From assembly GCF_018977255.1 (NCBI RefSeq), contig NW_024704743.1, positions 108,130,001-108,194,000 on the forward strand: 64,000 bases of DNA, given 5' to 3'. Positions 51,565-63,688 of the stretch are shown piece after piece. Below the pieces are notes generated by a model. That model had not been told where the DNA came from, searched no databases, and was given only the letters and a program-made list of their open reading frames with translations. Each line of letters begins with the position of its first letter. Position 1 is the stretch's first letter. The translations under genes and the position numbers were made by a program. This DNA comes from Callorhinchus milii. Taxonomy: Eukaryota.

Positions 51565-51742
51565 AAAGAAAAATTGGTCACTCAATCCACGACTGTTTGT
51601 GAGACACTGCTGTGCACAATTGGCTGCCATATTTCGCCCACAAGATATACAGTCAATTCACGTTACAGTATATTCTGTGAAGCGCTTTGAGATGTCTTGA
51701 AAATGTGATAAGATGCTATATCAAATGCAAGTATTATTATTA
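51565..51742 (+). mobile_element. tRNA-SINE 3' half
   Basis: AATTGGTCACTCAATCCACGACTGTTTG...ATCAAATGCAAGTATTATT. Confidence 0.88.
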
Positions 51743-52328
51743 ATATTTATATTTATTTGGATGGTGCCGCTCTGTGACGTCATCCCACATGACGGATGCT
51801 ATATTTTTGTTATTTGTTGTTGTTTGTTTTCAGGATGTTCATACACGAGTGAAACCTACTCACTCTGGACCTTGACTCTTCATTGTTGAGTTCAATCTCT
51901 GGTAGGAGATTTGATTCAAAGTCACGTCTGAGCAGGTTATAGCAGGGAAAAACAGCTATTCCACACTGTTAGCTTCCTCCAGAGACAGAGCTTGCCTTTG
52001 GAGATAAACTCAGGATATAAAAGTGATATAAAGCTCCATTCCAAAGTTAAACTACCTCAGGGCCTATGTTGCGAGAAGCAAGTATGTGATCCCAAAGGAA
52101 TCATTAAAGTTTGATTTAAATATATTTATTTTGCATTGGTGCACCAGATCTCTTAAGAGGGATTTTAAGGAGGAACTAGTTTTTAATGTACAACTAAAAT
52201 AATGCTTCTATTTCCTCTTCTTGGGAAGTGGAAACTGCATCATGGCACTCCTGATGTACACCAGGTATGCATAATTTTCCTGATGTATTGCTTTCTCATA
52301 TGTAATCCATAAAGGAATGTAATATTAT

Positions 52329-53240
52329 AACAACAACAAATTGTATTTATATAGCACCTTTCATGTTGGGAGGACACCGCAAGGCACTGAACATTGAAGG
52401 GTTTGAACCCGAGCTGCGGGTTGAATCAGAGAGGGTTGGCGGGCAATGGGAAGATGACCGAAGGCACAGTCGAAAAGGAAGATCTTGAGATGGGTCTTAC
52501 AGGAAGCAAGGCAAGGGGGTGAGGTGGAGGGCCTCTGGGATGGAGTTCCAGAAGGTGGGGGCAGAAAGGCTGAAGGCCCAGCAGCAATAGTGAACCAGGC
52601 ACGGAGGGGGACATGGAGCAGGCCAGTGCCTGCAGAATGGAGGGAGCGGACAGGTTAGAGAAGTTTTAATGGGTCGCGGAGGGTTGGAGGAGCCAAATGA
52701 TGGAGGGCTTCAAAGGTGAGGACAAGGATCCTCTGTGGGACAGGGAGCCAGTGAATTCAGGCAAGGATGGGAGTGATCGGCTCACAAAGCTGAGTGCGGG
52801 AGAGGACACAAGCTCAGAGTTCTGAATAACCTGCAGCTTGTGGAGGGAAGAATTGGGAAGTTCAGAGAGCAGTCAGTTAGTGTAGTCAAGCCGGGACATA
52901 ATGAAAGCATGGATGAAGGTCTCAGCAGCCTGAGGGGATAGGAAATGGCAAAGGTGGACAATGTTGCAGAGATGGAGAAAGGCAGAATGGGTAATGACAC
53001 AGATATGGGGTTTAAAAGACAGTTGAGGGTAGGACAAGATACCAAGGTTCTGTCCTGGCTCAGTGAGGTGGAGAGTGCTTCCATGAATAGTGATGCTGTC
53101 AGCGGCTGAGGTGAGGAAGTGCTGAAGGGAGCCAAACAAGAGAGCCTCGGTTTTGTGGACATTCAATTTTCAGAAATTGGCTCTCATCCAGGACTTGATG
53201 TCTGACAGACAATCCGTCAGGACAGCAGTGGCCCTGGAGT
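52329..53240 (-). mobile_element. L2 LINE 3' fragment
   Basis: LNVHKTEALLFGS...NLGILSYPQLSFKPHI...HAFIMSRLDY; (CAA)n tail. Confidence 0.9.
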
Positions 53241-53241
53241 C

Positions 53242-53617
53242 ATAATAATAATAATAATCCTTGTATTTGATATAGCGCCTTACCATGTCTTCGAGACTTC
53301 TCAAAGCGCTTCACAGAATATACTGTAAAGTTAATTGACTGTATATTTTGTGGGAGAAACGCGACAACCAATTGTGCATAGCAGTGTCCCACAAACAGTT
53401 GTGGATTGAAGTGACCAATTTTTTTTTTTTTTTTGAAGGCATTATTACCTCCAGAAAAGCAATCCACCAATTGACTAACAACCAGGTTCCTTCTTACTGT
53501 TAAGTAAACAGAGGCGTGTGGAGTAAGGAACCTTGCCTAAAGTTTCGCCCTGCCGGGAATCAAAACCAGGTCTCGCTTGCGAGGCGAGTGCTCTAACCAC
53601 TGAGCTACAGGACCCAC
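53242..53617 (-). mobile_element. tRNA-derived SINE, long form, full length
   Basis: Complete antisense layout. Confidence 0.92.
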
Positions 53618-55064
53618 TGTTAATACTGTCATACAGTAATCTAAATTGAAACCAACATGCTGGACATCAACAGCAGATCATTCACGATAGTAGGGGGTAT
53701 ATTCAGATGATGAGATTAAATGTGTTGAAGGGCCTTCTTCATCCAAACCAATCTTGATGTGGTAATGCATTTGCACCTGCGTCAGACACCCAGCCTACCA
53801 AAAAGTTGACTGTAGCATAAGTGAAAATGAAATGTAGATATTTCTTTGTTTGGGACTTGTATTTACTTAAACTACATTGAGGTGTTCAGTAGACTTTACA
53901 TTAATACATTGAACTACCTTGTGATGAGCTTTCAGTGCTTTCTTTTAAGACTAATGAGCAGATTGCTGGAATGGTGCTGGAATCTGCTGAAGCAGGCAAG
54001 CTGGTGGAGTGCATACTGAGTTCCAAACACTTTTCTGCTGACTGCTTTTTACTGAGTGATCCGAAAAAAAATACAGCTAAGTGTTTCTGAATCAACCAAT
54101 ATAGATTACAGGGGCTGGAGCATTCCTCTCTCAAATCAATACTCAGTGGAGGCGGAGGGGGCAACTCGTGCTCATAAAGGTGAGGGAAGAGAGTGCTGGG
54201 GATTTGATGGCAATTTCATCAATCATTATTTTGTTGTGTATAGGAGCTCCCCTCCCTCACCCCAACCACAGACAATAAATATTAGCCAAGTGCATTTCAC
54301 TCAGGACACTTAACAGACGGCAGAATCTTTTACGCTTGCTGTGTGGACTGGAATGGAAGGCAAGTCCCAGGGGTGAAAGGGCAGTGCTCATACCCATTCT
54401 GTTTCCTTGGCTTTTGTAGTTTCTCTTTGCTGGATCAGGACAATTCAGTTACAGTTGTTTCCGTGTCCCCATTTCCACTGCTTGTATAATGCCTAAATAA
54501 TGATTAGTTTCTGAGTATTGCTGACATTCCAAGTGAAGACGCCAGCCGGGGTCTTTCATTCAACACTGGTCCAGAGGTTAAGATAAGAACCAAAAGTATC
54601 TCATTTGTTCTTTGACTTTTAAATTTATTGTATGATCAGTTTCAGGTAGCAAATTTGTCAGCACATTAATTGCTTTTCTAAGATAACATCTGGGTGGAAT
54701 TTGACAGTCTAACCCAATAGAAAATATTGCATAAAACTTGCGGTGACGGCACAAGTGATAGCGTAGACTCAAGTGGCTGAATTACAGATGCAGTAATCAT
54801 GATGCATATAAATTTCAGCAACATTTTCATAGATTGTATTGCCATTGCTTTTATCATACAACACTGGCTTAGCATCTTTATGGAGACTGGAGGTTTTTTG
54901 TTCAATTTCTTATCACACATCTTTTGTGTTTGAAGCATTTCTTCCTGTAAGAATAGACAGTTATACAAATATAGACAACCAAATAAAGCAAGCCCCCCAC
55001 AAACACTTTCAGTTTCTTTCAATTTTTCTTGCAGGCTCAGATGTTGTGGGGAATGAGAGGCTGA

Positions 55065-55435
55065 TAATAATAATTACATTTAATACAGCACCTTTCAAAT
55101 CGGGAGGGCATTTCAAAGTGCTTCACAGTATATACCGTATAGTATAGAGACTGCGTAATTTGTACCCAGAAATGTCCCACAAACAGATGAAAAGTAAATG
55201 AGCAATTTTAATAGGGGGATTATTGGCCAAAACATTGGGAAAAATTCCCTTCTCTTTTCAAATAGTGCCATGGGATCTTTAAAGTTTGCTTGAACAGCCA
55301 GACAGCTTCTCGGTTATTATTTCATCCGAAAGACAGCATCTCCAACATTGCAGCATACCCCCAGTAGTGGAGTGGAGTGTTAGCCTAACCTATTAATTCA
55401 AGGTCTCTCAGAAGCAACAGTGCTACGAATTGGCC
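55065..55435 (-). mobile_element. Deu-domain SINE
   Basis: AATAGTGCCATGGGATCTTTAA and CATCCGAAAGACAGCATCTCC blocks. Confidence 0.8.
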
Positions 55436-55574
55436 ATAGAGGGCTACTAATTACAATAAATCCTATGAAGATGACCTGATGTGAAAGGCGTTATATCAAA
55501 TGCACAATTTATTATTTACCAAATGCAAGGATCATTATTAGTTTTAAAGAGCAAGTGAGGAACGGTGGTAGGCG

Positions 55575-55703
55575 TTTGTGTATGTGCGTGTGTGTGTGTG
55601 AATACAGGTGTGTGTGTGCGCGGGTGTGTATGAGTACAGGTGTGTGTTTGTGTGTGCTGTGTGTGAGTCGTGTGTGTGAGTACATGTGTGTGTGTACGTG
55701 CAT
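55575..55703. repeat. Imperfect (TG)n microsatellite
   Basis: Long interrupted TG run. Confidence 0.9.
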
Positions 55704-56977
55704 GCCCTATATTTGCTTTTTGTCTCTGGGGAACCGACCGAGGACAAAAATATTCAGAGCTCCTATTTTTTCTTATGTTTGCTAGGAAGTGTAGGAAGTG
55801 TGGACCCAAGGAAATGGCAAAAAAAATCAGATTTGGTCCTAATGCTTCCCCCTCCCCCCACATTCAATCAGCAATAACATATTTGATGATGAATGGGTGT
55901 GGGTGGGCGGGGGGAGAGAAGATAGGTTCATGTTCAAAGAAAGCCCTTTTGGTGAACATACTAGAAACCTGCCTGTCCCTTTGAACTCAACCTTGTCTTA
56001 TTATACCAGGGTTATTATACCCTTGTTGCATTGGGGAAAAAAAATCACTGTCTAATATGGCAATACGACAAGGTTTATTGTTACACTGGTAATTTTTATG
56101 GCCTTTTATTGACAATATTAGTCAGATCTGCACAGTGACCTTGCTCTTGCCTCGTATAAGCTAAACAGCAAATTACAGGAATGACAGAGTGCGAGTGTCT
56201 AGCTCAGTGCTGCATTAATGAGCTTGTGTCCTGCAGAACATAAAGTGATGGGAGAATCAGAAGACAAGTCGATTTTTAAGGGCCTGTGACGCACTCATTT
56301 ATCACTTAGGTCAACGGTGCTGCTGGTCAGCTTAATTGAAACAAATAATACAAAAAGATTCTGTGAAGGAATGGAAATGGCAGAGGAAGAGGAAAAGTAA
56401 AAGCCTTTTAAATGGTGTCCTTCACAGCAATGAAGTAAATGGGGTGTTCAATCCTGATCTGTGGAGGGTGATGCAGACTGCAGTAGAGCATGTTTTTAGT
56501 ATTGCTTTGTTGCAATTCCAGATACTTGAAAGCGAGCCACATGTGAGATTGCAAAGCAGGAATGGCTTTTGTTTAACATTCAGCATCCCTGCATTTCACC
56601 CACAAAATGCACAGTCAATCCATTAGACAGTTCAGATAAGATATTAAACCGAGGTCTTTTATGCCACCTCAGGTGGACTTTAAAGATCCCGTGGCATTAT
56701 TCTTTCAGATAAAACTGATCATTCACTTCATGGCTGTTTGTGGGACATTGCTGCACAAAAATTGGCTGCCACACTTGCCTATTAAATACAGTCACTGCCC
56801 TTTACGGTTCAAATTGTCTGCCGAACTCACCTACAAAATACAGTCAATACACTTCACAGTAAAAGACTGCGAAGACCTTGGAGACAATGACATAATAAGG
56901 TGCTCTATCAAGTGCAGCTACTACTATTATTGGATTTTTTCATGCTTGTTGCTCCTTAACTGTTTAAACCTTAATCA

Positions 56978-58454
56978 GCCCATCTCCAACCCCCCCTTTC
57001 TGTCCAAGGTTCTCGAAAGAGTCGTCGCCTCCCAGCTGCGCTCTTTCCTCTCCACCCACTCACTTTTAGAACCCCTTCAGTCGGGTTTCTGTGCTGCCCA
57101 TAGCACGGAAACCGCCCTGGTCAAGGTCACCAATGACATCTTGACCATCTGCAACCAGGGCTCCCTCTGTCTCCTCGTCCTCCTCGACCTATCGGCCGCA
57201 TTCAATACGGTCGATCACTCTATCCTCCTCCACCGCTTGTCCTCCCACCTCAACCTTCAAGGCCCTTGTCCTTGAGTGATTTAGGTCCTACCTCTCCCAC
57301 CATCTTCATTTTGTCTCTGCAAACGGATTTTCCTCCAGCACCCGCACTGTCTCGTGCAGTGTCCCTCAGGGGTTCTGTCCTCGGTCCCCTCCTCTTCACC
57401 CTCTATATGCTCCCCCTTGGTGACATCATCCGCAGACATGGGGTTAACTTCCACATATATGCGGATGACACCCAACTCTACCTTTCCTCTTCTACCCTCA
57501 ACTCCACAACCACCGATGTCCTGACAGCCTGCCTGTCCGACATCGAGTCCTGGACGAGAGACAACTTTCTTCAGCTTAATGTGCGCAAAACTGAGGGCCT
57601 CCTGATTGGCTCGCGTCAGCGCCTCCGCACCTCAGGCGCTGACAGCATCAGCATCCAAGGCTGCACTCTCCACCTCTTAAAGCCAGTCAGGAACCTCGGC
57701 GTTCTGTTCGACCCTGAGCTGTCCTTTCTTCCCCACATCCGCGCCACAACTGGCACCGCCTTCCACCACCTCCGGAACATCGCCAGCTACGGCACTACCT
57801 CACCCCTCACACTGCTGAAACTCTGGTCCACGCCTTTATCACCTCAAGGCTGGACTATGGGAACTCTCTCCTCACCGGCCTTCCCGGCACCTCCCTCCAC
57901 AAGCTGCAGGTCATTTAGAACTCTGCAGCTCGTGTACTGTCCCGCACCAGGCTTCGTGACCACATCACTCCCACCCTCGCTCGCCTCCACTGGCTCCCCA
58001 TCTCCCAGAGGATCGAATTCAAGATCCTCATCCTCACCTACAAGGCCATTCACGGCCTTGTACCCTCCTACCTCTCCGACCTACTATTCCCCCTACTTAC
58101 CTGCCCGTACCCTCTGTTCCTCTGGCTCCGGACTGCTCCACATCCCCCGCCCTAACCGCCCTACCATCGGTGGCCGGGCCTTCAGCCTCTCAGCCCCAAA
58201 GCTCTGGAACTCCATCCCCCAGTGCCTTTGCTTGTTTCCTCCTTTTCCTCCTTCAAGGCCGGTCTCAAGACCTTTCTCTTCAACCGTACCTTCAGCGCCC
58301 CTCTTGACTCTCTACTCTCTCCTCGCTCCCTCCCTTCCCTTCCCTCACCCTGACCATTTCTGCCCTACTCGGGTCCCGACCCAACTGTCCAGTGCTTTGG
58401 GACGTCCTCCCGACATGAAAAGCGCTCTATAAATGCAATCTTGTTGTGTTGTTG
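56978..58454 (+). mobile_element. L2 LINE, longest copy (~1.5 kb), RT domain with frameshifts; young subfamily
   Basis: [16 protein letters not shown]...[21 protein letters not shown]...[30 protein letters not shown]...YADDTQLY; frameshifts and an internal stop; no endonuclease or ORF1. Confidence 0.96.
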
Positions 58455-59574
58455 AAGTGGTACCAACTTCATGATAAAGGGTACATGAGAATTGTGTCAA
58501 AGCAAATTGCTGTTCTTCCCGACGTGAAAGGTGCTATAAAATTGCAATTTATTGTTGTTTCACTAGCAGCACGTAATGCAGTCAAGACAAGGATGAAGCG
58601 CTCTGCCTCTTTAATCAAAAAAATTACTTTTTACGAAGAAAAGTGCCCCTTTAACAAAATGTATTTTCAAATTGGCTCAATAGTGGTGTCAGCTGAGCTC
58701 AGTCAGTAGAACTTTTGCCTCTGGGTCAAGAGCCAAGTTGGAAGTTGAACTCATAATCTAGGCCAGTGATGGCCAACCTCTGGTCTGTAAGTGGCTTACA
58801 GGGCTGCCAAGAAGGGGCTCCTGAACATTTGCATGACTCTAGGTAAATCCTTGTTCTATTGGTAGTGTATTTTCATTTTTTTCTTGATTGATATATGGCA
58901 TAAACCAAGAAATATTTGATCAAAAACATAGTGCTGAAAATTTGTGGCATTATTCTTCGCGTTGTCAACAGGAGATTGTGGCTGGGTTTCTTTTGCAGCA
59001 TAGAAAGCGAGTTTGTTGTAATGGAAAATATGTAACTAGATTGCTAAGAAATGCTAGCACAGGTGAATCAGATTATACTGGGATTCGGAAGCTCTCCACA
59101 TTGCAGATATAAATAGATAATATCAAATCTTTATATCACATATCATTTTAATCAATTCTTTTCAGCAACTTAATCTTAAAGGAACAACAAAGGTTACAGA
59201 ATAAAAAGCCACACAATTACAAAATGCTGGAATTCCACCTGGGTCTAGATTCATTCTATTTTCAAGATTTTACAACAAAATTACATTTGTATAGCCTCTG
59301 CATTTGCAGTCATCCACCCCTTTCAACTCCCAGGCCCAGCTCAGGTGCCCAGCCAGCAGTGTTAAATGCTTTGGGATGTCTTCCTGGATTGAAAGGGCCT
59401 ATATAAATGTAAATTGTTATCTATTTTCTTAGTTTCCAAAATTTGGCAAATTTTTAGATACAGCCTGAATTTTTATGCCAGTTTTCAACAAGTTCTTACA
59501 GAAAACTGACTTCAAAGTTAAGACTGAATTCAACAATTTGCACGCTTTGAAATGCTTCATAGAGTAAAATTGAG

Positions 59575-59875
59575 GCCCAGTGGCAGAAACCACTCAAGAC
59601 AATCTGCCACCCTAGGCAAAATTTCAGATGCTTAATGCTATAGTAGGTCCATATCAGTTTACATGCTCAGAAGTTTGATAGCTTTAGCATCATCTTATGA
59701 GCGATAAATTTACGTTAAAAGGCCTACAGACTGCTGCTGGCGCAAGCATGTGGCACTCACTGCAGACCCATTCTTCTCAATTTTGCCGATCAAGCATTTA
59801 AACAAAATCACTTCTCCCAGATTTTTGCAGTCCTAGGCAGTTGCCTAGTTTACTTTGTACCTAAGAAGGCCCCTA
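59575..59875. mobile_element. Possible decayed hAT-type non-autonomous DNA transposon
   Basis: GCCACCCTAGGCAAA near the left end and CCTAGGCAGTTGCCTAG...GGCCCT near the right end resemble subterminal motifs of vertebrate hAT MITEs; TIR and TSD not resolved. Confidence 0.3.
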
Positions 59876-60223
59876 CCCAATGGAAGGTTTGCCCTGAGAT
59901 TTTCGTGATGTTGCCTGGGGATAAACATTCAGGCTTTGAGACCTCTGTGATCATGTGATTCCAAGGCTGCAGTTTACTTGGGATCAGATGATCACAGGGA
60001 GCATGGAAGTATTCTACCTCGTGTTACATTGACCAGTTGACCTCTGTACCAACTAAAGTCAGGCATAGACAATAGTGCATGGGATCCGACGTAGATGAAT
60101 TAGCCAGTCAAGACTCCCAGTAATATAGATTCTCCCTTCACTCCCAAACACATTGGGAATGGATTCCCCCTCCCCGTTTCCTACACATAATAGGAACAAA
60201 TATTCCTCCTCCCCACATACATA

Positions 60224-60735
60224 ATAGAATCATAGATTCATACAGTACAGCCATTCGGCCCATCGTGTCTGTGTCAGCGCCGAAAAGAGCAATCCAACTC
60301 AATCCCACTGGCCCGCTTTCTCTCCATGGCCCTGTAGTCTTGTCCTCCCCAAATACCCATCTACTTCTCTCTTAAAAGTTGTTATTGAATTGGCTTCCAC
60401 TACCCTTTCAGGTAATGCATTCCAGATCCGAACAACTCGCAGGATGAAAAAAAAATTCCTAACCTCCCCTGTTTCTTTTAACAACTAATTTGAAATGGTG
60501 TCCTCGGGTTACTGACCCACATGCCAGTGGAAACAGTTTTTCCCAGTTCAACCTATCAAATCCTCTCATGATCTTGAAAACCTCTATTAAATCCCTTCTT
60601 AATCTTCTCTGCTCTAGGGAGAATAATCCTAGTTTCGCTAACCTCTCCTCATAACTAAGATCCTTAATTCCTGATACCATCCTGGTAAACCTCCTTTGCA
60701 CTCTCTCCAATGCCCTAACATCTTTCCTAAACATT
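60224..60735 (-). mobile_element. CR1 LINE 3' fragment
   Basis: FRKDVRALERVQRRFTRMVSGIKDLSYEERLAKLGLFSLEQRRLRRDLIEVFKIMRG and RVVRIWNALPERVVEA; (ATTCTATG)n-type tail in antisense. Confidence 0.94.
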
Positions 60736-61026
60736 GGGAATAGATGACCCCCTTTCCCACATATATGCATATATACATTGGAGAAATGAGGAAATGACTA
60801 AATCAGGAGACCTCAAACCTGGCAAAAAAGGGAAGAAAAGCTTCAGAGAGAAGAACAGAAATGCTGGAAAAGCAGTCAAAGGAAAATAATAGATGTTGAG
60901 AGACATAGTAAACGATGAGGGCTGAGGACAGATGAAGGAAAAAACAGTGAAAGGAAAGAAATCTAGAGCAAATTCTCAATGATAAAGAGAAACACAAAGC
61001 AGACACATAAAAACCGAGGAGGCAAA

Positions 61027-61763
61027 GAAAAATAGCTTTGGTTACAAAGAGGAAAAGGAAACTGTAACCTTGCTAGGCTGCTCCAGGAAATGCAACAACA
61101 ACAACAAAATTACATTTGTATAGCGCCTTTCACGTTGGGAGGACGTGCCAAGGCGCTGGACAGAGTACAGCATTTCAGACCCGAGCTGGGGTCAAGGGTG
61201 CGGGGAGGGAGGGGAGGGGAAGTGGGGTGGCCGATGGCATGGTCGAAGAGGAGGGTCTTAAGGCGGGACTTGAAGGAGGCTAAGGAGGGGTGAGGCGGAG
61301 TGACTGGGGAATGGAATTCCAAAGGTTGGGGGCAGAGTGACTGAAGGGCTCTCCCGCCAATGATGGGGCGGATGGGTCGGGGGACTTGGAGCACGCCAGA
61401 GAGGGCTGAGCGGAGGGAAAGGGGGGGTTGGTAGGGATTAGGAGGTCACAGAGGTAGGGCGGGGCGAGGCCACGGAGGGCTTTGTATGTGAGGACCAGGA
61501 TCTTGAACTGGATCCTCTGAAGGATAGGGAGCCAATGGAGTTGGGGGAGAGTGGGGGAGATGGGGTCACCTCTGGCCCTCACTAACCAATCTCCCCCCTG
61601 ACCCCAGCTCGGGTCTGAAATGTTGTACTCTGTCCAGTGCCTTGGCACGTCCTCCCGATGTGAAAGGCGCTATACAAATGTAATCTTGTTGTTGTTGCAT
61701 TTCCTGGAGCAGCCCAGTAAGATTACAGTTTCCTCTTCCTCTTTGTAACCAAAGCTATTTTTC
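61027..61763. repeat. Inverted repeat, ~170-bp arms (61027-61198 and ~61594-61763)
   Basis: Each arm is an L2 3' tip plus ~65 bp of flanking non-L2 sequence; the arms are reverse-complementary with few mismatches. Confidence 0.92.
61093..61567 (-). mobile_element. L2 LINE 3' fragment
   Basis: PISPTLPQLHWLPILQRIQFKILVLTYKALRGLAPPYL; (CAA)n tail. Confidence 0.92.
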
Positions 61764-61855
61764 GAGAGGTGAGGGGGGCAAGGGAGTCCAGAAATGCAGA
61801 GCTAGGCTTGCCCATTGACAGTTACTATTCTAACTTCATTTATTTATTTACTTAT

Positions 61856-62183
61856 TAATAATAATAATAATAATAATAATCCTTGCATTTGATATAGCGC
61901 TTTTCACGTCGGGAGGACGTCCCAAAGCGCTTCACAGAACACACTGTAAAGTGAATTGACTGTATATTTGTGGGCAAACGCGGCAGCCAATTGCGCACAG
62001 CAATGTCCCACAAACAGTCGTAGATTGAAAATGACCAATTTATTATTGTTTTTGGTTTTGGAGGGATTATTATTAGGCGTGTGGAGTAAGGAAACTTGCC
62101 CAAGGTTTCGCCCTGCCTGGAATTGAACTCAGGTCTCTTGCTTGCAAAGCGAGTGCTCTAACCACTGAGCTACAGGACTCCAC
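61856..62183 (-). mobile_element. tRNA-derived SINE, short young form, full length
   Basis: Near-identical to the other short-form copies. Confidence 0.95.
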
Positions 62184-62502
62184 GGCGTCCTTGAGCGGTT
62201 ATTGAGAATATTGATGACTTGTCTGGGAAGTTTACAACCTGACACAACTCATTGCAATCCTGTGTTACACATGATCAAGATTATAAGGAGTCCACTTGGC
62301 AGCCTTGTTTTGGATTCTTCCACATCTCCCTCTTATACTCTTTGATGTCTTGAGGCAGGGCCCTTCCTCATGTTTTCTTTTGTTCATCATTCAACACTAA
62401 ACCTGATGATGTTTTGCTTGCAGTCTGTGTGCGGAGTATTACAACTCCTATTACAGTATAACAGCGTGGCTTTTAGACATTAGTGATGTTGTGAACTACG
62501 TA

Positions 62503-63213
62503 ACCTCCCTGGGATCTCTCTCAGACTCACCGAACCCGTGCACAACTTAGGCATCAGGTTCAATCCCCAGCTTTCCTTTCTACCCCACATCCATTCTCTA
62601 ACCAGGACTGCTTTTAACTACCTCTGTCACATATCTCACAACCGACATAGCCAAAACCACGCCTTTGTCGCTTCCTGGATGGACTATTCCCCCCTTGCTG
62701 GTCTCCCCAGCTCCACCATACACAATATTCAATTAATCCCAAACTCTGCTGCCCGGATACTCACCCTCACAAAACTCTGTACCTCCATCACACCATTCCT
62801 TGCCAGGCTCCATTGGTTCCCAGTTACCAAATGGCTCAATTTCAAGATCCTCTCACTCATTTTCAAATCCCTTCATTGCCCTCGCACCTCCCTACCTATC
62901 TGATCTGCTTAACCCCGTTCCACCACCCACTGCCTCCGTTCAGATGGCTCCGGACTCTTGTTTGGCCCTCATCCCCTCCGCTCCACTATTGGTGGCACTG
63001 CCTTCAGCCACTACACCCTGGAACCCTCTCAATCCCTCAGCCTTGCCTCCCTGCCCACTTGGAAATCACATCTCAAAACCTTCCTTTTTGATCGTGCTTA
63101 TGGTCACCTCCCATCTCTTTCTCCATATGTCTTGGTGTCAGACTCCGGCGCCATGAACCTCTCCAGGGCACTACCCTGAGTGAAGGGCACTTTATAAATG
63201 TTTGTTGTTATTT
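62503..63213 (+). mobile_element. L2 LINE 3' fragment (older subfamily)
   Basis: HNLGIRFNPQLSFLPHI...NSAARILT...RLHWFPV...KSHLKTFLFDRAY. Confidence 0.88.
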
Positions 63214-63574
63214 TAGTCTGTTGATGCAATTGTATTTGCAGTTAAGTTATTCTGATGTGGACCTCCTATAGCTTTGACAGTGCAAACAATTCTCCCCGGC
63301 TTTCAATCTTGTAAATTACATGTCTTGTACAGATCAATTTGCTTGTCTTGACTGATTCCTATCATTGAGTATTTTTCTCCTTCAACCATCAAGATATGGT
63401 GAGACACCAACTCTCTCCTTAGCTCCATCTAGATTAAGACATGTGCCAAAAAAAAAGATAATGTTGTGATTTCTTGTCTCACCTAGTTCTCTATCTTGAA
63501 CTAAAAAGAGAAGCTCTATGGTTGGAACACGCAGTGTCAATAGCATTTGACCCAAACCATGGTGGCCAAAGCAA

Positions 63575-63688
63575 GCAGTCGTGGATTGAGTGACCAAATT
63601 ATTATTATTTTTTTTAGAAGGTATTATTATGCCAGGAAAGCGATCCGCAAATCGACTAACAACCAGGTTCCTACTTAATGCTAGGTAA
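63575..63688 (-). mobile_element. tRNA-SINE long form, internal fragment
   Basis: GTCGTGGATTGAGTGACCAA...GCGATCCGC...CCAGGTTCCTACTTA. Confidence 0.82.

Noticed and set aside
55512..55984. His/Thr- and Cys/Val-rich ORFs
   Set aside because: Translations of the (TG)n microsatellite.
56661..58432. Long ORFs (204 and 388 aa) as a functional reverse transcriptase or retron-like system
   Set aside because: Frameshifted, 5'-truncated L2 ORF2 without an endonuclease; parts of the ORFs are SINE-derived or out of frame.
58764..58780. CAGTGATGGCCAACCT as a hAT terminal inverted repeat
   Set aside because: No convincing partner TIR or 8-bp TSD found.
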